From Bacteroidota bacterium (lineage in GTDB: Bacteria > Bacteroidota > Ignavibacteria > UBA10030 > UBA6906): a DNA stretch of 64,000 bases. Positions 42,185 to 52,861 of the stretch are shown piece after piece. The notes below the pieces were generated by a model. It was not told the origin of the DNA, made no database searches, and saw only the letters and a list, made by a program, of their open reading frames with translations. Made by a program: the position numbers and the translations under genes. The stretch's first letter is position 1, and the number at the start of each line of letters is the position of its first letter. The stretch lies in NCBI GenBank assembly GCA_030835135.1, contig JAUQWO010000076.1, forward strand, positions 77,102-141,101, read 5' to 3'.

Positions 42185-45100
42185 ATGCCCACTGGCAGTG
42201 TCCCCGGGGTGTCCTGGTTGTCCTCCACCCGCTCGCGGCGTGCGCTTTCCTTCGTCGGCATTGCAACGGTCCTGCTCCTGGGCGCCTGGGGGCTCCGCGC
42301 CTACGAAGCATCCCGCCCGCCCGGTCGGTGGACCGCACTCGCCGAAGAACGGTCGGAGGAACATCTGCAGAGCGCTGCGCGCGCATTCACCGAACTCCAG
42401 CGCGCATCCCGGGAGCTGGCAAGCGATGTCGGCGCGATCCCCGCGGTGATCATGTACCTCAATGGCGAAACCACCGACAGGCGACCGCTCTTCGATGCAG
42501 TGGGCAGGATCGCGGTGTCGTCCGGCACCGGGATCGAGATCTACGATTCACAGGGCGAACTGGTCAGCTGGTGCGGACAGAGTGGAGATGCGGGCCGCCA
42601 CGAGATCGGCCGCGCACTCTCCGGATCCATCGCGTCATTCGTTTCACGCAATGCGGTCTCCTCCCAGATGGTCACCGCCGTCCCGGTGCGCCAGAACGCA
42701 CGCGTCATCGGCGCCATCGTCGTGCGGCAGACGATCGAGGTCGCCTCGCCGCTGCGCAACCGGTTCCTGGGACGGGAAGGGCTGGCCGAGCAGGTATCGG
42801 GTGCACTCGGGGTTCCCGTTGAATATCTCTTTCCCCCCGATACGGTCCGCACACCCGACAGCCTGTGGCGTGCCATGCCGCTGGTGGGGTTGGACAGCGT
42901 CCGTGTTGGTGACGTGCGCGTCGCTGCCACATCCGGGCCAGGGCTCAGCGACCAATGGCTGGGCTTCATTTCCGATGTCATGTGCATCCTGGGTTCGGTC
43001 ATCCTGATCGTTCTCGCACTCGTTACCGTGCGTATGGCGCTGGAACGCGTCTCGCCCCTCCAACGGTTCCTCGGAACGCTCGTGATCCTCTGGGGTGCGC
43101 GCGTTGTGCTCCTGCTACTCGATATGCCGGGGCGCGTCGTGGGGACGCCATTGTTTGACCCGATGGTGTACGCCTCCACCTTCGGCGGGGGGCTCGCCAG
43201 GTCCGCTGGTGATATGATGGTATCGGTTGTGACGTTGCTTCTCACGTTCGTTCTTGGTATCGCACCGGCAACGTGTACGCAGGTCAGGGAAGCCGGAACC
43301 CGGCGGCCGACCGCACTCCGGCTCCTCGTGTCGGTGATCGCCGTGGCGTTGGTGCTCCTGCTTGCGCGCGGTGTCGGTGCATCGGTGCGCAGCATTCTGT
43401 ATGATTCCACGCTGACCTTCGGCGATCCGGCGCTCCTGCTGCCTTTGCCGGTCATGGGCGTGTTGCTCCTCAATGCGATCCTGCTCGCGGCGATGCTGAG
43501 CGTCGTGGCGTTCGAGGCCATGCGTGCAGTGGTGCGATGGATCCGCTGGACCGGGGCCGCCATACTGGGTGGCGCAGGCGTCACGCTCTATGCGCTCCAG
43601 GATGAACCGCTCATCACCGTGCCCGTGCTCGGGGCGTGGCTCCTGGTCATGGCGATGATCCTGCGGATGAGTACTGATGGTGGCGGACGCCAATGGTTGC
43701 TCACCGGACCAACCCGCATCCTGGCGGCCCTCCTGTGTTCCGCCGTCCTGCTCCTTCCTGTTCTCGATCGCCAGGTGGGTGATCGTGACCGTAGCAAGCT
43801 CGAGACCTTTGCGGCGGAGGTCGTACGGCCCGTCGATGGCTGGCTGAAGTTCATTGTCGAGGACGGTCTGCAGCATCTGACAACCGTGGTCGGCACTTCA
43901 CCGAACAACGCCGCCGATCCGGCGGTTGCATTGCGTGCCTGGGCACAGAGTGCTGCATGCCGTGAGGGATACTCCTCGATCTTCGAGGTCGTGGGCCCGG
44001 ATGGAACGCCACTGAGCAGATTCGCGATCGGCGGCCAAACCGGTGTCGCCGAACAGGTCGGAGGGGCCGTGCCCCTGGACACCGTAGGCGTGCTCCGTGT
44101 GAAAAGCATCGGGGATGGGGTCAGCGCTGTCCGCGTCTACGCCGGCTCCGTTCCTGTCCCTGTCGTCCCGGACCCCGACCGGCCACCGGTGCATGTCCGC
44201 GTTACCGTGGCCGCGGGTGAGGAGCAGCTCTTCCGCGGGGCCAACCCGGCCGTCCTTCGTGGTCTCTCCCGCGAAACCCTCGAGTCGTTCTACCGTCCGA
44301 TCACGATCACGGAGTATCGGGACGGACTGTTCCTCCGTTCCACGAACAAGGCATTCCCCTTCACGCATGTCCTGCCGCAGGACCTCCGCGAGTCGCTGCC
44401 TGCACGCGTACCTCCCATGGAATGGCGGAGTGAGGTGATCGGCGGCAGCCCGTATGAATCATTCTATGTGGTCCGGGGTGACGAAGGCCGGAGTGTCGTC
44501 GGGCTCAGCATGGAGGATCAGCCACTCATCATGCGCCTGGTGGGCCTCGTGAAGGTCGTCTTCGTGTATGTGCTCCTGCTTGCGTGCTGGGGCGTGACGA
44601 TCGTGGTGCGCAGGCGGCTGGCCGGAGAGAAGGTGCAGTTCACATTCAGGGACCGGCTGCTGGGGATGATGTTCCTGGTCACCCTGGTGCCACTCGGCGT
44701 CCTCCTCCTGTACAGTCAGCTGGATGTCCGCGACCGAATGATCGAGAGCACAGCATTGCGCCTGGAGGATCAGACCTCGGGCATCGCGCAGGACATCGCA
44801 GGGATCGGAGAGCATGCGGACGCCTCGTCAGAACTGGAGGTACGGCCCGACAGGGTGGAATTGATCGCATCGAATGCCGGCACGGATTTCAATCTGTATG
44901 TGGGGAACGAACTCCGCATCAGCAGCCGTCCGGAGTTGTACACCTCAGGCCTGCTCGATCCGCGGATCAGCGGGAGCGCGTATGCCGAGGTGGTTCTGGG
45001 TGGCAAATGGTTCTGGGTCGAGACGGAGCACATCGGACAGTTTCGGTACGTGGTCGGATACCGTCCGGTGATCGATGCCGCGGGCGGTGTCATCGGTGTG

Positions 45101-46078
45101 GTGTCCGTGCCGACGGTCTTCCGGCAGGATGAACTGGACCGCGGCCTGGTGGCACGTCACGCCGTGTTGTTCGGCGTGTATGCCGTGGTGCTCCTTGCCA
45201 TGCTCATCATCACGCCGGTCCTCGCCCACCGCTTCGCTTCACCGGTTCTGCAGCTTACCTCGCTTGCGCGTGCGGTGGGGAAGGGGGACCTGGACATCAG
45301 CCGCCGTCTGCCCCGGGCCGATGGCGAGATCGGGGAATTGGTGCATGCGTTCGATTCCATGACCCAGGAGATCGCCCGGAGCCGTGATTCCCTGGTGAAG
45401 GTGGAACGCGAACTCGCCTGGAAGGAGATGGCCCGGCAGGTCGCCCATGAGATCCGCAACCCGCTCACGCCGATGAAGCTTTCGATCCAGCACTTGCGCC
45501 GGACGTATCTGGACGGCGCACCGGATTTTCCGGATATCATGGAGCGGGTGACGCGGACGACGATCGCGCAGATCGATGCCCTGGGGCGGATCGCAGCAGA
45601 GTTCGCGTCGTTCGCCCGGATGCCCCGAAGGGTTGTGGTCGCATGCGATCCGGGCGAGATCGTGCGGGAAGCAGTGGCCCTGTTCCGCCAGGACACCGCT
45701 GTGCGGTTCGAGCTCCAGGCCGAGGGACCCCTGCCATCCATCCAGGCCGACCGTGAGGAATTGCGCCGGGCATGCATCAATATCATCCGGAACGGCGTGC
45801 AGGCCATGGGAGGTGCCGGTGTGATGGAGGTGCGCGTGAGTGCAGCCCCGGGTCTCGTGCAGATCTCGTTCACGGACCATGGCACGGGGATCCCCGATGA
45901 GGTGAAACCGAAATTGTTCCAGCCGAAGTTCTCCACGAAGACCGACGGGATGGGGCTGGGCCTCGCCATCGTGAAGAAGACGATCGATGATCTCGGCGGA
46001 ACCATCACCATCGAGAGCACGGTCGGGAAAGGAACGACCGTCGTGATCGGGATCCCTGCCGGTGAGATCCCCGCATGA
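42185..46078 (+). CDS. multi-pass sensor histidine kinase (1297 aa, orphan)
   Basis: At least 10 TM segments plus large extracytoplasmic regions. HAMP domain. HisKA (HEIRNPLTPM) and HATPase_c (G1/G2 boxes DHGTGIP, GMGLGL) at the C-terminus. Confidence 0.8.
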   Translation: MPTGSVPGVSWLSSTRSRRALSFVGIATVLLLGAWGLRAYEASRPPGRWTALAEERSEEHLQSAARAFTELQRASRELASDVGAIPAVIMYLNGETTDRRPLFDAVGRIAVSSGTGIEIYDSQGELVSWCGQSGDAGRHEIGRALSGSIASFVSRNAVSSQMVTAVPVRQNARVIGAIVVRQTIEVASPLRNRFLGREGLAEQVSGALGVPVEYLFPPDTVRTPDSLWRAMPLVGLDSVRVGDVRVAATSGPGLSDQWLGFISDVMCILGSVILIVLALVTVRMALERVSPLQRFLGTLVILWGARVVLLLLDMPGRVVGTPLFDPMVYASTFGGGLARSAGDMMVSVVTLLLTFVLGIAPATCTQVREAGTRRPTALRLLVSVIAVALVLLLARGVGASVRSILYDSTLTFGDPALLLPLPVMGVLLLNAILLAAMLSVVAFEAMRAVVRWIRWTGAAILGGAGVTLYALQDEPLITVPVLGAWLLVMAMILRMSTDGGGRQWLLTGPTRILAALLCSAVLLLPVLDRQVGDRDRSKLETFAAEVVRPVDGWLKFIVEDGLQHLTTVVGTSPNNAADPAVALRAWAQSAACREGYSSIFEVVGPDGTPLSRFAIGGQTGVAEQVGGAVPLDTVGVLRVKSIGDGVSAVRVYAGSVPVPVVPDPDRPPVHVRVTVAAGEEQLFRGANPAVLRGLSRETLESFYRPITITEYRDGLFLRSTNKAFPFTHVLPQDLRESLPARVPPMEWRSEVIGGSPYESFYVVRGDEGRSVVGLSMEDQPLIMRLVGLVKVVFVYVLLLACWGVTIVVRRRLAGEKVQFTFRDRLLGMMFLVTLVPLGVLLLYSQLDVRDRMIESTALRLEDQTSGIAQDIAGIGEHADASSELEVRPDRVELIASNAGTDFNLYVGNELRISSRPELYTSGLLDPRISGSAYAEVVLGGKWFWVETEHIGQFRYVVGYRPVIDAAGGVIGVVSVPTVFRQDELDRGLVARHAVLFGVYAVVLLAMLIITPVLAHRFASPVLQLTSLARAVGKGDLDISRRLPRADGEIGELVHAFDSMTQEIARSRDSLVKVERELAWKEMARQVAHEIRNPLTPMKLSIQHLRRTYLDGAPDFPDIMERVTRTTIAQIDALGRIAAEFASFARMPRRVVVACDPGEIVREAVALFRQDTAVRFELQAEGPLPSIQADREELRRACINIIRNGVQAMGGAGVMEVRVSAAPGLVQISFTDHGTGIPDEVKPKLFQPKFSTKTDGMGLGLAIVKKTIDDLGGTITIESTVGKGTTVVIGIPAGEIPA

Positions 46079-46812
46079 TACTGCACCCGGTGTTTGCCGA
46101 AGGTGATGAACGTCTGGTGTGTGCCCTGAGCACGCGGCTTGGTGGCGTGAGCACCGGTTCCTTCGGCATGAACCTGTCCTTCTCCGTGGGCGACGATCCT
46201 GCCGCGGTTGAGGAGAATCGCCGCCGTTTCTTTGCTGCCGCGGGGGTCCCGCCGGACCGGGTCGTCTTTCAGAGGCAGGTCCATGGCGCAACGGTGCGCC
46301 ATGTGCAGACCCCCGGCGTGGTCGACGCGACGGATGGCATCTACACGGCGACCCCGGGGTTGTACCTGTGCGTCACGGTGGCCGATTGTGTCCCGGTCTT
46401 CCTGTATGATCCCGAGGCCGGGGCGGTCGGCGTGATCCATGCCGGCTGGCGGGGAACGGTGGCGGGGATCGTGGCGGAAGGTGTGGCGGCGATGACCAGG
46501 GAATTGGGAGCACGCCCGGCGAGGATGAAGGCGTACATCGGTCCGTCGGCCGGGGTGTGCTGCTACGTGGTAGGTGACGAGGTCTCATCCCGGCTCCCTG
46601 CATCCTGCGTCGTTGCGACATCCGGGGGACTCGCGGCGGACCTCAAACGTGCGAACGAAGAGATACTGGAAGGAACAGGCATCCCGGCGCGATCGATCGT
46701 CGTCGATCAGGCATGTACGATCTGTGGATCTGCACGATACCATTCCCACAGGCGCGATGGCGCACGATCCGGCCGCATGATGGGGGTGATGGGCCTGCGT
46801 CCGGTTGGTTGA
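46075..46812 (+). CDS. pgeF: peptidoglycan editing factor PgeF (YfiH/laccase-domain, DUF152)
   Basis: Conserved H...C...H triad context (QVHG...ADCVPV...HAGWRG). Confidence 0.8.
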   Translation: MILHPVFAEGDERLVCALSTRLGGVSTGSFGMNLSFSVGDDPAAVEENRRRFFAAAGVPPDRVVFQRQVHGATVRHVQTPGVVDATDGIYTATPGLYLCVTVADCVPVFLYDPEAGAVGVIHAGWRGTVAGIVAEGVAAMTRELGARPARMKAYIGPSAGVCCYVVGDEVSSRLPASCVVATSGGLAADLKRANEEILEGTGIPARSIVVDQACTICGSARYHSHRRDGARSGRMMGVMGLRPVG

Positions 46813-46867
46813 TTTCCGGTACCGAAATACATATGTTTAGGTTTCTCCACGACGCAGGGGGTGACAG

Positions 46868-48706
46868 ATGTGCGGTATTGTCGGCTATATTGGCACCCGG
46901 AATTGCGTTCCGGTCATTCTTGAGGGCCTTCGCCGCCTTGAGTACAGGGGGTACGATTCCGCCGGGATCGCCCTGGTACGGGACAAGGAATTCTTCATTC
47001 AGAAGAAGGCAGGCAAGGTCTCCAATCTGGCAGCCGCGCTCGGTGAGGCCGAAGGAACCGTCTTTGCCACTCTTGGGATGGGTCACACCCGGTGGGCGAC
47101 GCACGGTGAACCCAGCGATATCAATGCCCATCCGCACTGGGACCAGAAGAAGCGGATCGCGCTGGTCCATAATGGGATCGTGGAGAACTACCAGGCGATC
47201 AAGACGAAATTGCTGCGCGACGGGCACACGTTCCTCGGGGCGACGGACACCGAAGTGCTTGCGCATCTCGTGGGTGTGATGTACGATGAATGCCGCGACC
47301 TCCCGACGGCCGTCCGCCTGGCACTGTCGGAGGTGGATGGGACCTACGGCCTGGTGGTGATCGCAAAGGATGATCCGGGCCGGATCGTTGCCGCGCGCAA
47401 GGGGAGCCCGTTGTTGATCGGGGTGGGGGACGGCGAGAATTTCATCGCCTCGGATGCTTCCGCCATCGTGGAGCACACGAGGAAGGTGGTGTATCTGGAT
47501 GATGGGGAGGTGGCGGACATCACCACGTCGGGTGTCCGGACCATGACGATCGATGACGTCACGGTGGAGAAGCCGATCCATCAGGTGACGCTCGAACTGT
47601 CGCAGATCGAGCGCGGCGGGTATGACCACTTCATGCTCAAAGAGATCCATGAGCAGCCCGAGACGATCCTCAATGCCATGCGCGGGCGTTTGCTTGTGGA
47701 AGAAGGGGACGTCAAGCTCGGCGGGCTCCAGAACATCATTGGCCGCCTGCTGAGTGCGCGACGGTTGATCCTGACGGCCTGCGGCACCTCGTGGCATGCC
47801 GCGCTGGTCGGGGAATACATGTTCGAGCAGATCGCGCGCATCCCGACGGAAGTGGAATACGCATCGGAGTTCCGGTACCGGGATCCGATCGTGAACATCG
47901 ACGACGTCGTGTTCCTGATCAGCCAGAGCGGAGAAACGGCGGACACCCTGTCGGCGCTCCGGGATGCGAAGACGAAGGGTGCGACCGTCCTGGGTATCGT
48001 GAACGTTGTCGGCAGCAGTATCGCCCGCGAATCGGACGGTGGCGTGTACGCACATGCCGGTCCGGAGATCGGCGTGGCATCGACGAAGGCGTTCACGTCG
48101 CAATTGACGGTGCTGGCGCTCATCACGATCCTCCTCGCACGCGTGCGGGGGATGTCGCGCGAGCGGGGGCAGGTCCTGGCGCGGGAGCTGGCCACACTGC
48201 CGGACAAGGTGCAGACCATCCTGAAAGAGACCGAGAAGATCAGGAAGATCGCCGAAGAGTTCAAGGACGCGAAGAATTTCCTCTACCTCGGCCGTGGCGC
48301 CAATTTCCCGGTGGCCCTGGAAGGCGCGTTGAAGCTGAAGGAGATCTCGTACATCCACGCCGAGGGGTATCCGGCCGCGGAGATGAAGCACGGACCGATC
48401 GCGCTGATCGACGAGAACATGCCCGTGGTGTTCATCGTGCCGAAGGACGGGATCTACGACAAAGTTGTGAGCAACATCCAGGAGGTGCGTGCCCGGCGCG
48501 GCCGCATCATCGCTGTTGCGAATGAGGATGACACGGACATCGATGAGCTGGCGGAATTCGTGATCCGGGTGCCACGCACGTATGGCTTCTTTGGTCCGAT
48601 CCTGAACATCATCCCGCTGCAGCTGCTGGCATACTATATCGCTGTTGCGCGCGGCACCAACGTGGACCAGCCGCGCAATCTGGCAAAGAGTGTCACGGTA
48701 GAATAG
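46868..48706 (+). CDS. glmS: glutamine--fructose-6-phosphate aminotransferase (isomerizing)
   Basis: N-terminal MCGIVGY nucleophile. Two SIS domains. C-terminal ...KSVTVE. Confidence 0.9.
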   Translation: MCGIVGYIGTRNCVPVILEGLRRLEYRGYDSAGIALVRDKEFFIQKKAGKVSNLAAALGEAEGTVFATLGMGHTRWATHGEPSDINAHPHWDQKKRIALVHNGIVENYQAIKTKLLRDGHTFLGATDTEVLAHLVGVMYDECRDLPTAVRLALSEVDGTYGLVVIAKDDPGRIVAARKGSPLLIGVGDGENFIASDASAIVEHTRKVVYLDDGEVADITTSGVRTMTIDDVTVEKPIHQVTLELSQIERGGYDHFMLKEIHEQPETILNAMRGRLLVEEGDVKLGGLQNIIGRLLSARRLILTACGTSWHAALVGEYMFEQIARIPTEVEYASEFRYRDPIVNIDDVVFLISQSGETADTLSALRDAKTKGATVLGIVNVVGSSIARESDGGVYAHAGPEIGVASTKAFTSQLTVLALITILLARVRGMSRERGQVLARELATLPDKVQTILKETEKIRKIAEEFKDAKNFLYLGRGANFPVALEGALKLKEISYIHAEGYPAAEMKHGPIALIDENMPVVFIVPKDGIYDKVVSNIQEVRARRGRIIAVANEDDTDIDELAEFVIRVPRTYGFFGPILNIIPLQLLAYYIAVARGTNVDQPRNLAKSVTVE

Positions 48707-48726
48707 ATGAACCACAAGGAGAACGC

Positions 48727-49560
48727 ATGAAGCAGGAAACGCATTTCAAACCGAATGAATGGGCGCTGGTGCTTGGCGCATCGAGCGGGTTTGGCGGAGC
48801 GGCGGCGGTGGAATTCGCACGCAACGGCATGAACGTGTTCGGTGTGCACCTGGACCGTCAGGCGACGATGCCGGCAGTGCAGGCGGTGATCAAGGAGATC
48901 AAGCATTACGGCCGCGAAGCGGTGTTCTATAACATGAACGCTGCCGATGCGATCAAACGGAATGAGACGCTGGACGATATCCAGGAGCGCTTCGCTGCCA
49001 ACTCGGGGAACACGGTCAAGGTCCTCCTCCACTCCCTCGCGTTCGGCACGCTGAAGCCGTTCATCGGGAAGAAGGTGGACGATGTCGTCTCCCAGGCGCA
49101 GATGGAAATGACGCTGGATGTGATGGCGAACAGCCTCGTGTACTGGGTGCAGGGGCTGGTGATGCGCAACCTCATGAAGAAGGGCGGCCGGATCTTCGCG
49201 CTGACCAGCTCCGGCGGCCACAGCGTGTTGCCCAGCTACGGCGCTGTGTCTGCCGCCAAGTCCGCGCTCGAATCGCATATCCGTCAGCTCGCGATGGAAC
49301 TGGGACCCCTGGGTATCACCGCGAATGCGATGATGGCCGGCGTGACCGACACCCCGGCCCTGCGCAAGATCCCCGGTGCCGTGAAGATGTTGGAAGTGGC
49401 GCAGGCGAAGAACCCCGGCGGGCGTCTGACCACCCCCGAGGATGTCGCTCAGGCGATGATCCTGTTGTGCCAGATGGGTGGAGCCTGGGTCTCCGGCAAC
49501 GTCATCGGCGTGGACGGCGGGGAGGATATCGTCAGCTACGTCGGACAGAAGAACCACTGA
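48727..49560 (+). CDS. enoyl-[acyl-carrier-protein] reductase-like SDR (FabI/FabL type)
   Basis: Rossmann GASSGFG. Catalytic Y-x6-K (SYGAVSAAK) is FabI-like, not the classical YxxxK. Confidence 0.5.
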   Translation: MKQETHFKPNEWALVLGASSGFGGAAAVEFARNGMNVFGVHLDRQATMPAVQAVIKEIKHYGREAVFYNMNAADAIKRNETLDDIQERFAANSGNTVKVLLHSLAFGTLKPFIGKKVDDVVSQAQMEMTLDVMANSLVYWVQGLVMRNLMKKGGRIFALTSSGGHSVLPSYGAVSAAKSALESHIRQLAMELGPLGITANAMMAGVTDTPALRKIPGAVKMLEVAQAKNPGGRLTTPEDVAQAMILLCQMGGAWVSGNVIGVDGGEDIVSYVGQKNH

Positions 49561-49717
49561 TCTCCCGCCTGGCGGGATGAATGATCGGTGCTGGTTTCCG
49601 GGCGGTGCTGGTGTGCGGGGGATGTCCCTGTGTACCGCACCGCCCTGCCGTTTTGAACGGGTGGTCCTGCCATCCTTCCCCCTCCCGTCGTCTGACACGA
49701 AGGAGTCCAAACTGACC

Positions 49718-50494
49718 ATGTCGATGCCCTTCACCAGAATTGAACGTCCATCCACGCTGAGCCAGGAGATCGTGGACACGATCGAGGGCTCGATCCTGTC
49801 GCACGGGATCGGTCCCGGCCAGAAACTCCCGACGGAACAGGAACTCTGCAAGTCCTTCGCGGTCAGCCGGACGGTTGTGCGCGAGGCGCTCCGCATGCTG
49901 AGCGCCAAAGGACTTGTGAGTATCCGCAAGCGGACCGGCATCTTCGTGAATGAGCTGTCCTCGCGGGATGCGACGGCAGGTGTCGGGATGTATCTCGCCC
50001 TTCATTTCGACAGGGAGTACATCCTCCACGTCTTCAACGTCCGCCAGGCCGTCGAACCGACGGTCGCCCGATGGGCGGCCGCCAACCGGACCGCGGCGAA
50101 CATCTGGGCGATGGAGAAGCACCTGCTTGCGCTGGAGGATTGTGGGGAGGAAGACAGAACGACCGGGTACCGGCTGGACCAGGAGTTCCATCAGATGGTC
50201 GCCGATGCCACCCACAATCCCGTCGTCCCGTTGATGATGCAGCCTGTGTATGCACTGATCCCCCGCATCCGCGGACTGGTGCATGCCCACGCCCCGGAAG
50301 TGCGGGGATCGGAGGTCGAGGACTACCGGCGTATTCTGCAGGCGATACGGCAGCGGGATGAGGATGCCGCATATCACGAAATGCAGTTGCACATCAGCAA
50401 CGCCGCACAGCAGGCGAACGCGGTCGTGGATGTGCTGGATGCTGCCGCCGCCCGGGAGGTACAGGGCGCGGCCCCATCTCCCGGCACGGTGTAG
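49718..50494 (+). CDS. GntR family transcriptional regulator (FadR/FCD subfamily)
   Basis: N-terminal wHTH (LPTEQELCKSFAVSRTVVREAL). C-terminal FCD helical domain. Confidence 0.75.
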   Translation: MSMPFTRIERPSTLSQEIVDTIEGSILSHGIGPGQKLPTEQELCKSFAVSRTVVREALRMLSAKGLVSIRKRTGIFVNELSSRDATAGVGMYLALHFDREYILHVFNVRQAVEPTVARWAAANRTAANIWAMEKHLLALEDCGEEDRTTGYRLDQEFHQMVADATHNPVVPLMMQPVYALIPRIRGLVHAHAPEVRGSEVEDYRRILQAIRQRDEDAAYHEMQLHISNAAQQANAVVDVLDAAAAREVQGAAPSPGTV

Positions 50495-50523
50495 CGCTTC
50501 TCTTTTTCGAACAGGATACCGGT

Positions 50524-51672
50524 ATGATCGTTGTCATCGATAGCAAGAACCCATTTCTCGCGGAAGCGCTCTCCCCGGCATGCGAGGTGCGCGTGCTGCA
50601 TACACCGCTCATCGATGCGGACCATCTCCGTGATGCCGATGCGGTGATCGTCCGGTCGGAAACGCACGTCGGCCCCCGACTGCTGGAAGGGACACGCGTC
50701 CGGTTCGTCGGGACCGCGACGATCGGCACGGACCATGTGAACACAGCGTGGCTGAAGGACGAAGGGATCGGGTTCGCGTCCGCTCCCGGCAGTAACGCCG
50801 ATTCGGTGGCCGAGTACATGGCCGCGGCTCTTCTGGTCTCCGCCGCCAAGACCGGCATCACCCTGCGCGGGTCGACGATCGGTATTGTCGGTGCCGGCAA
50901 TGTCGGCTCGCGCGTGGCCCGGGTCGCCGGTGCCTTCGGCATGAAGGTGATCCTGAACGACCCGCCGCTCGCACGCACGACCCGCGACCCGCGGTACCGT
51001 CCGCTCGAGGAGGTGATGGGTGCGGATATGGTCTCGCTTCATGTGCCTCTGACGGAGAGTGGCGAAGACCCCACGCTGCGTCTCTGGGACGCTGCGCGCA
51101 TCGCCCGCATGAAACGCGGCAGCATGCTCTTCAATACCTCCCGTGGTCCGGTCGTCGATGGTCATGCCCTGCGCGAGGCACTGATCGCCGGTCATCTCCG
51201 GGGCGCCGTCCTGGACGTCTGGGAGCACGAACCGTCGATCGATGTTGGCCTGCTCGGTCATGTCCTTCTTGGTACGCCGCATATCGCCGGGTACTCGCTG
51301 GATGGGAAGATCAATGCGGCGCGGATGATGTTCGAGGCCCTCGTTGCGCACTTCGGGCTGGGACTCACCTGGCCCGAACCACACGGCGTGCCGCCGGCCG
51401 GGAGCGGCGAGGTAACGGTGCACGCCGCTCCGGATGAGCAGGGTGTGCTCCGCGGTGTGGTGACGCGGTGCTACGATATCGAGCAGGACGATGCGCGGTT
51501 ACGCCTGACCGAGTTGCTGGCTCCGGAGGAGAGGGCACAGGCGTTCCGGACGCTGCGTGCGCATTATCCGGTGCGTCGGGAGTTCGCGGCGACGACCGTG
51601 AAGGCGTCCGGTGCGACACCCGGCGTGGTGCAGACGCTGCGGGGTCTCGGGTTCACCGTGACGGAGGCCTGA
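50524..51672 (+). CDS. pdxB: 4-phosphoerythronate dehydrogenase
   Basis: D-2-hydroxyacid dehydrogenase fold plus a PdxB-specific C-terminal dimerisation domain. FVGTATIGTDHV, GIVGAGNVG. Confidence 0.8.
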   Translation: MIVVIDSKNPFLAEALSPACEVRVLHTPLIDADHLRDADAVIVRSETHVGPRLLEGTRVRFVGTATIGTDHVNTAWLKDEGIGFASAPGSNADSVAEYMAAALLVSAAKTGITLRGSTIGIVGAGNVGSRVARVAGAFGMKVILNDPPLARTTRDPRYRPLEEVMGADMVSLHVPLTESGEDPTLRLWDAARIARMKRGSMLFNTSRGPVVDGHALREALIAGHLRGAVLDVWEHEPSIDVGLLGHVLLGTPHIAGYSLDGKINAARMMFEALVAHFGLGLTWPEPHGVPPAGSGEVTVHAAPDEQGVLRGVVTRCYDIEQDDARLRLTELLAPEERAQAFRTLRAHYPVRREFAATTVKASGATPGVVQTLRGLGFTVTEA

Positions 51673-51707
51673 CGTCGGGGCCCCCGCCACGGTGCGCGGC
51701 ATGCGAT

Positions 51708-52850
51708 TCACTTCACTTCGAGCACATCGCGTTCAGGGAGCACCGGGAACGGTGCGTGGGGCTCGGTCTGATACCAGAACGCCACCGACGCGATGTCGTC
51801 CTGGAGCGGGAGATAGCGTCCGCCGGATCGCCATCCGAGCGCCTGGATCGTCACCCGCAGGTCCTTCTCGAACCGGATCGGGTCCATGATATGCCAGCGG
51901 TAGAGGCCGAACCGTTGCTGTGACTGATACAGCCCGTCGGGTCGGATGACCTGGGGAAGCCCGGCATACGCGGTCGTGAATTCCTGATACTGGTGGGTCT
52001 TCTGGTTCTCGAAGTTGTACGATCCACAGAAGTAATCCTCCGTGCCCGTCCCGCAAATGGTCGGGAACTCACCATCGCCATCCATGTAGAACTTGATCTC
52101 GCCTTCGCCCCACCACCCGGTGCTGTTCACACCCCAGGCCATGTACGTTCCGATGTACTGTCCCCAGCCCTTCACGCCATCGAGCAATGTATACACCGAT
52201 TTGTACGGGAGCGGATTCACACGGCGGAACTGGGCATGGAAGTACGCGGCATCGTTCGGCACGTCCGTGAGCGTGTAGTTCACCTGGTAGAATAATGTCA
52301 TCTCCTCGTCGGCGATGTTCTCGGCGGTGATCCGCGCGCGCTTCCGGAAAGGCATCTCCCAGTAGCAATTGAATGCGCTGCCGGGGTTCACGCAGATCGC
52401 GAGGGACGAGATCTGGGCGTAGTGTCCCCAGCCGCACGCGAAGAAATCGCCGATAGGGGCCTCGACGGAGGGCGTTTGTTCATCATCCCAGTAGATGCGG
52501 AGGATGGTGTACCGCCAGTTCCCCGTCGGGGTCATCCAGATCTGCTGGATCGCACCCTCGCCCTGAATGTCCGCCACCGTGAAGGTCTGCTTCGGTTTGA
52601 TGCGGACACACGGCGCGACCTTCCATGTCTTTCCCAGATCGCGGGCTGCCGTGGCGCCCGTCCCCTCCGTGGCCATGCCGCCTTTGCCCTTGTCCCCGTT
52701 GGGGTTCTCGGCACTGATCGACCGTGTCTTGGCGCGCGACAGGCGCGACAGGTTGCCCAGGTTCATCCCGAGCCCGTTGAACTGCTCTTGTGCGTTCATA
52801 CCATCTCCGATGATCATGAGGAGAGCGAGGATGACGACTGTTGATCGCAT
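51708..52850 (-). CDS. GH172 (DUF2961) family glycoside hydrolase
   Basis: Signal peptide MNA|Q. WGEGEIKFYMDGD...PTICGTGTEDYF conserved block of DUF2961. Confidence 0.6.
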   Translation of the reverse strand: MRSTVVILALLMIIGDGMNAQEQFNGLGMNLGNLSRLSRAKTRSISAENPNGDKGKGGMATEGTGATAARDLGKTWKVAPCVRIKPKQTFTVADIQGEGAIQQIWMTPTGNWRYTILRIYWDDEQTPSVEAPIGDFFACGWGHYAQISSLAICVNPGSAFNCYWEMPFRKRARITAENIADEEMTLFYQVNYTLTDVPNDAAYFHAQFRRVNPLPYKSVYTLLDGVKGWGQYIGTYMAWGVNSTGWWGEGEIKFYMDGDGEFPTICGTGTEDYFCGSYNFENQKTHQYQEFTTAYAGLPQVIRPDGLYQSQQRFGLYRWHIMDPIRFEKDLRVTIQALGWRSGGRYLPLQDDIASVAFWYQTEPHAPFPVLPERDVLEVK

Positions 52851-52861
52851 AGGGGACTCCT

